Source of the DNA: a virus | Length of the DNA: 58,183 nt | Strand: one strand, 5' to 3' | IMG/VR virus record: IMGVR_UViG_3300034069_000553 | Location: 1 to 58,183 of that record | In this document: positions 56,647 through 58,183 of the stretch, one piece after another | Layout: every line of letters begins with the position of its first letter | How positions within the stretch are numbered: the stretch's first letter is position 1 | The notes under the pieces: model-generated | What the model saw: only the letters and a program-made list of their open reading frames with translations | Told to the model about the DNA's origin: nothing | The model's database searches: none | Made by a program: the position numbers and the translations under genes

Positions 56647-58183
56647 GCAATCCGCTGCTGGACGCTTGGGACAAGAACGCCCCGGCTCGCCCTGTCACGG
56701 GCAACCCCCTGATCGATGCTTTTGACGATCAGCAGGACGCCAGCAGCGGGTTCGATACCGGCGCGTTTAAGGCCGATGGCGCTGAACGCCTTGATCGCGT
56801 TGTTCGCGACGGGCGGCGCAAGGAAGCGCCGGCCCCGCCGACCGTGCGCGATCGAGCAGGATGGGCCGCCCAAGGGATGGCCGATCTCGCGCAGTCGGCG
56901 ACGGGCGGCGCGATCAGCGGCGTGGGCTCCGCGTTGGCCGGCGTGGCTGACCTCAGCGAGGCGACGGCGCGAACGCTGGATCGCTTTGCCACTGCGGCAG
57001 GGGCGCCCAACCTTGTCGATTATCTGATGGCTCCGGCCAACTATCTCGGCATCAATGCGCGCACCAGTGCCGCTGGCAATGCAATCGAGAAGGTGGGGGA
57101 TGCCGCCGACGTTCCGGCGGATCGCCGCGGCAATCCCGCGAATATCGTGGCGAACGCGACCGGGCAGCTTGCCGGCCAGATCGTTCTCGGCTTGGCCGGT
57201 GGTGAAGCAATCATCGTGCCGTCGCTGCTGGGGCAGGGCGCCAACCAAGTCGCGGACACCGCGCGCGCAAAGGGCAAGGAAGGTACGGCGGGCGCGGATG
57301 CGGCCGTCATCGGCGGCGCGGCGATCACCGGGTTGCTGGAAAAGATGGGCCTCAACGCGGTGCTCGATCGCGTCCCCCCCAAGATCAAGAACCGGATCGT
57401 CGCCAAGATTGCTGATTACGCTGTGGCCGGCGGATACGAAGCAGCGGAAGAAGTCGCCGAACAGGTCTTGCAGAACTTGGCGGTCAAAGTGGGCATCGAC
57501 CCGAGCCAGCAGCTGGGCGAGGGCGTGACGGAATCCGCCATTGGCGGCGGCGGCGCGGGATTTATTGCGCGCGCCGTGCTGGGGAAGTTCGGCCATAGAC
57601 CTCGTGGGCGTGATGACAGCAGCATCCCCAACGACTTCGATCAGGGCGCGCCTATCGCGCCGACGGGACCCGATGCGCCGATCGGCCCGGATATGTCGCC
57701 AGCCTCCGAGCCGACGCCGACCGGAGATTTCCTGACCGGGGCCACCGGCGCGCCGCGCACATTCGCCACGCAGAAGCAGGCAGCTGTATGGATGACGGCC
57801 AACAAGCAGGCGCACCTGTGGGGCATTGACCCGCAGGATGACGGCACGTTCCGGCTCAAGCGCAATCCGCTCGCCGACGTGCCCGACGAGGCGGTTCTGA
57901 CACCCGAAGATCAGGCCAGCCCGATTCCGAACAGCGTGATTGCCGCCGGCCGCCGCGCCGCGGGTGCGGCGCTCGACCCGCAGGCGGCCGCCGCAAAGGC
58001 GGATGCGTTCATCGCCGACCCGCTGAACGCCGAAGCGCCTACCCCGGAAGAGGCGATTGCCGCGCTCGAAGCGCAGAAGGCGGCGCCGGTGGGCCAGCCG
58101 CGTGCGCCCGACCGCGGGGAGCGCGCCGTCGCGCGCGCGCCGGCGGGTCTGTTCGAGCAGCCGGCGGCTGGCGGCGGCGCGGC
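56643..58183 (+). CDS. 5' part (about 505 codons) of the giant polyvalent ORF; continues at nt 1 through the end repeat
   Basis: ATG 56643 overlaps the upstream stop (ATGA). I translated frame 0 by hand to the window end and found no stop. It is absent from the ORF track only because it lacks a stop. Gly/Ala-rich with hydrophobic stretches. Confidence 0.8.
   Translation, partial: MSNPLLDAWDKNAPARPVTGNPLIDAFDDQQDASSGFDTGAFKADGAERLDRVVRDGRRKEAPAPPTVRDRAGWAAQGMADLAQSATGGAISGVGSALAGVADLSEATARTLDRFATAAGAPNLVDYLMAPANYLGINARTSAAGNAIEKVGDAADVPADRRGNPANIVANATGQLAGQIVLGLAGGEAIIVPSLLGQGANQVADTARAKGKEGTAGADAAVIGGAAITGLLEKMGLNAVLDRVPPKIKNRIVAKIADYAVAGGYEAAEEVAEQVLQNLAVKVGIDPSQQLGEGVTESAIGGGGAGFIARAVLGKFGHRPRGRDDSSIPNDFDQGAPIAPTGPDAPIGPDMSPASEPTPTGDFLTGATGAPRTFATQKQAAVWMTANKQAHLWGIDPQDDGTFRLKRNPLADVPDEAVLTPEDQASPIPNSVIAAGRRAAGAALDPQAAAAKADAFIADPLNAEAPTPEEAIAALEAQKAAPVGQPRAPDRGERAVARAPAGLFEQPAAGGGA
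58156..58183. repeat. terminal direct repeat, copy 2
   Basis: identical to nt 1-28; unique genome length is 58,155 bp. Confidence 0.95.

Noticed and set aside
1-58183. tRNA, rRNA or other structured RNA genes
   Set aside because: Intergenic space is minimal, and I saw no cloverleaf-compatible segments in the few gaps (17077-17179, 19077-19151, 30143-30293, 31472-31557). I cannot fully exclude them without tRNAscan/Infernal.

Overview
The window is a complete, high-GC phage-type genome, not a chromosomal fragment. Nt 1-28 are repeated exactly at 58156-58183, so the unique length is 58,155 bp (circular or terminally redundant). I found no rRNA, tRNA, CRISPR array, integrase, repressor, DNA polymerase or RNA polymerase by eye.

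Layout:
- 56643 -> junction -> 11717 (+): one stop-free 13,230-nt ORF of 4,409 codons. The ORF track truncates it. It encodes a multidomain 'polyvalent' virion-type protein: lytic transglycosylase, wHTH, PARP-like ART, N6-methyltransferase, SNF2/DEAD helicase, HExxH zincin, a second ART and a PLxRFG-like C-terminus.
- 11714-17076 (-): translationally coupled early operon with a DEDDh exonuclease, ERF annealing protein, DUF1367-like and DUF1064-like proteins and three HNH-type nucleases.
- 17.1 kb: divergent control region with a palindromic pair of -35 hexamers.
- 17180-31471 (+): about 40 small early/middle genes. They include a DUF1376 replication protein with an ori-like element, a zinc-less MucR/Ros homologue, an orphan methyltransferase, a Lar-like fusion, DUF1643, a secreted SNase-like nuclease and a metallopeptidase.
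- 31558-56646 (+): packaging, morphogenesis and lysis genes: TerS-like, an ACP-domain fusion, TerL, portal, scaffold, major capsid, tail proteins, beta-helix tailspike, endolysin, holin, overlapping spanins, GNAT and ejection-type proteins.

Most notable observations:
1. The large terminase gene is split into separate ATPase and nuclease ORFs by a 3.3-kb four-gene cassette.
2. A roughly 280-nt patch inside the giant ORF has its coding signal in a different frame and is flanked by cistron-boundary signals.
3. A phosphopantetheine-type carrier domain is fused to phage domains within the packaging region.

All family names are from motif recognition by eye. No searches were run.
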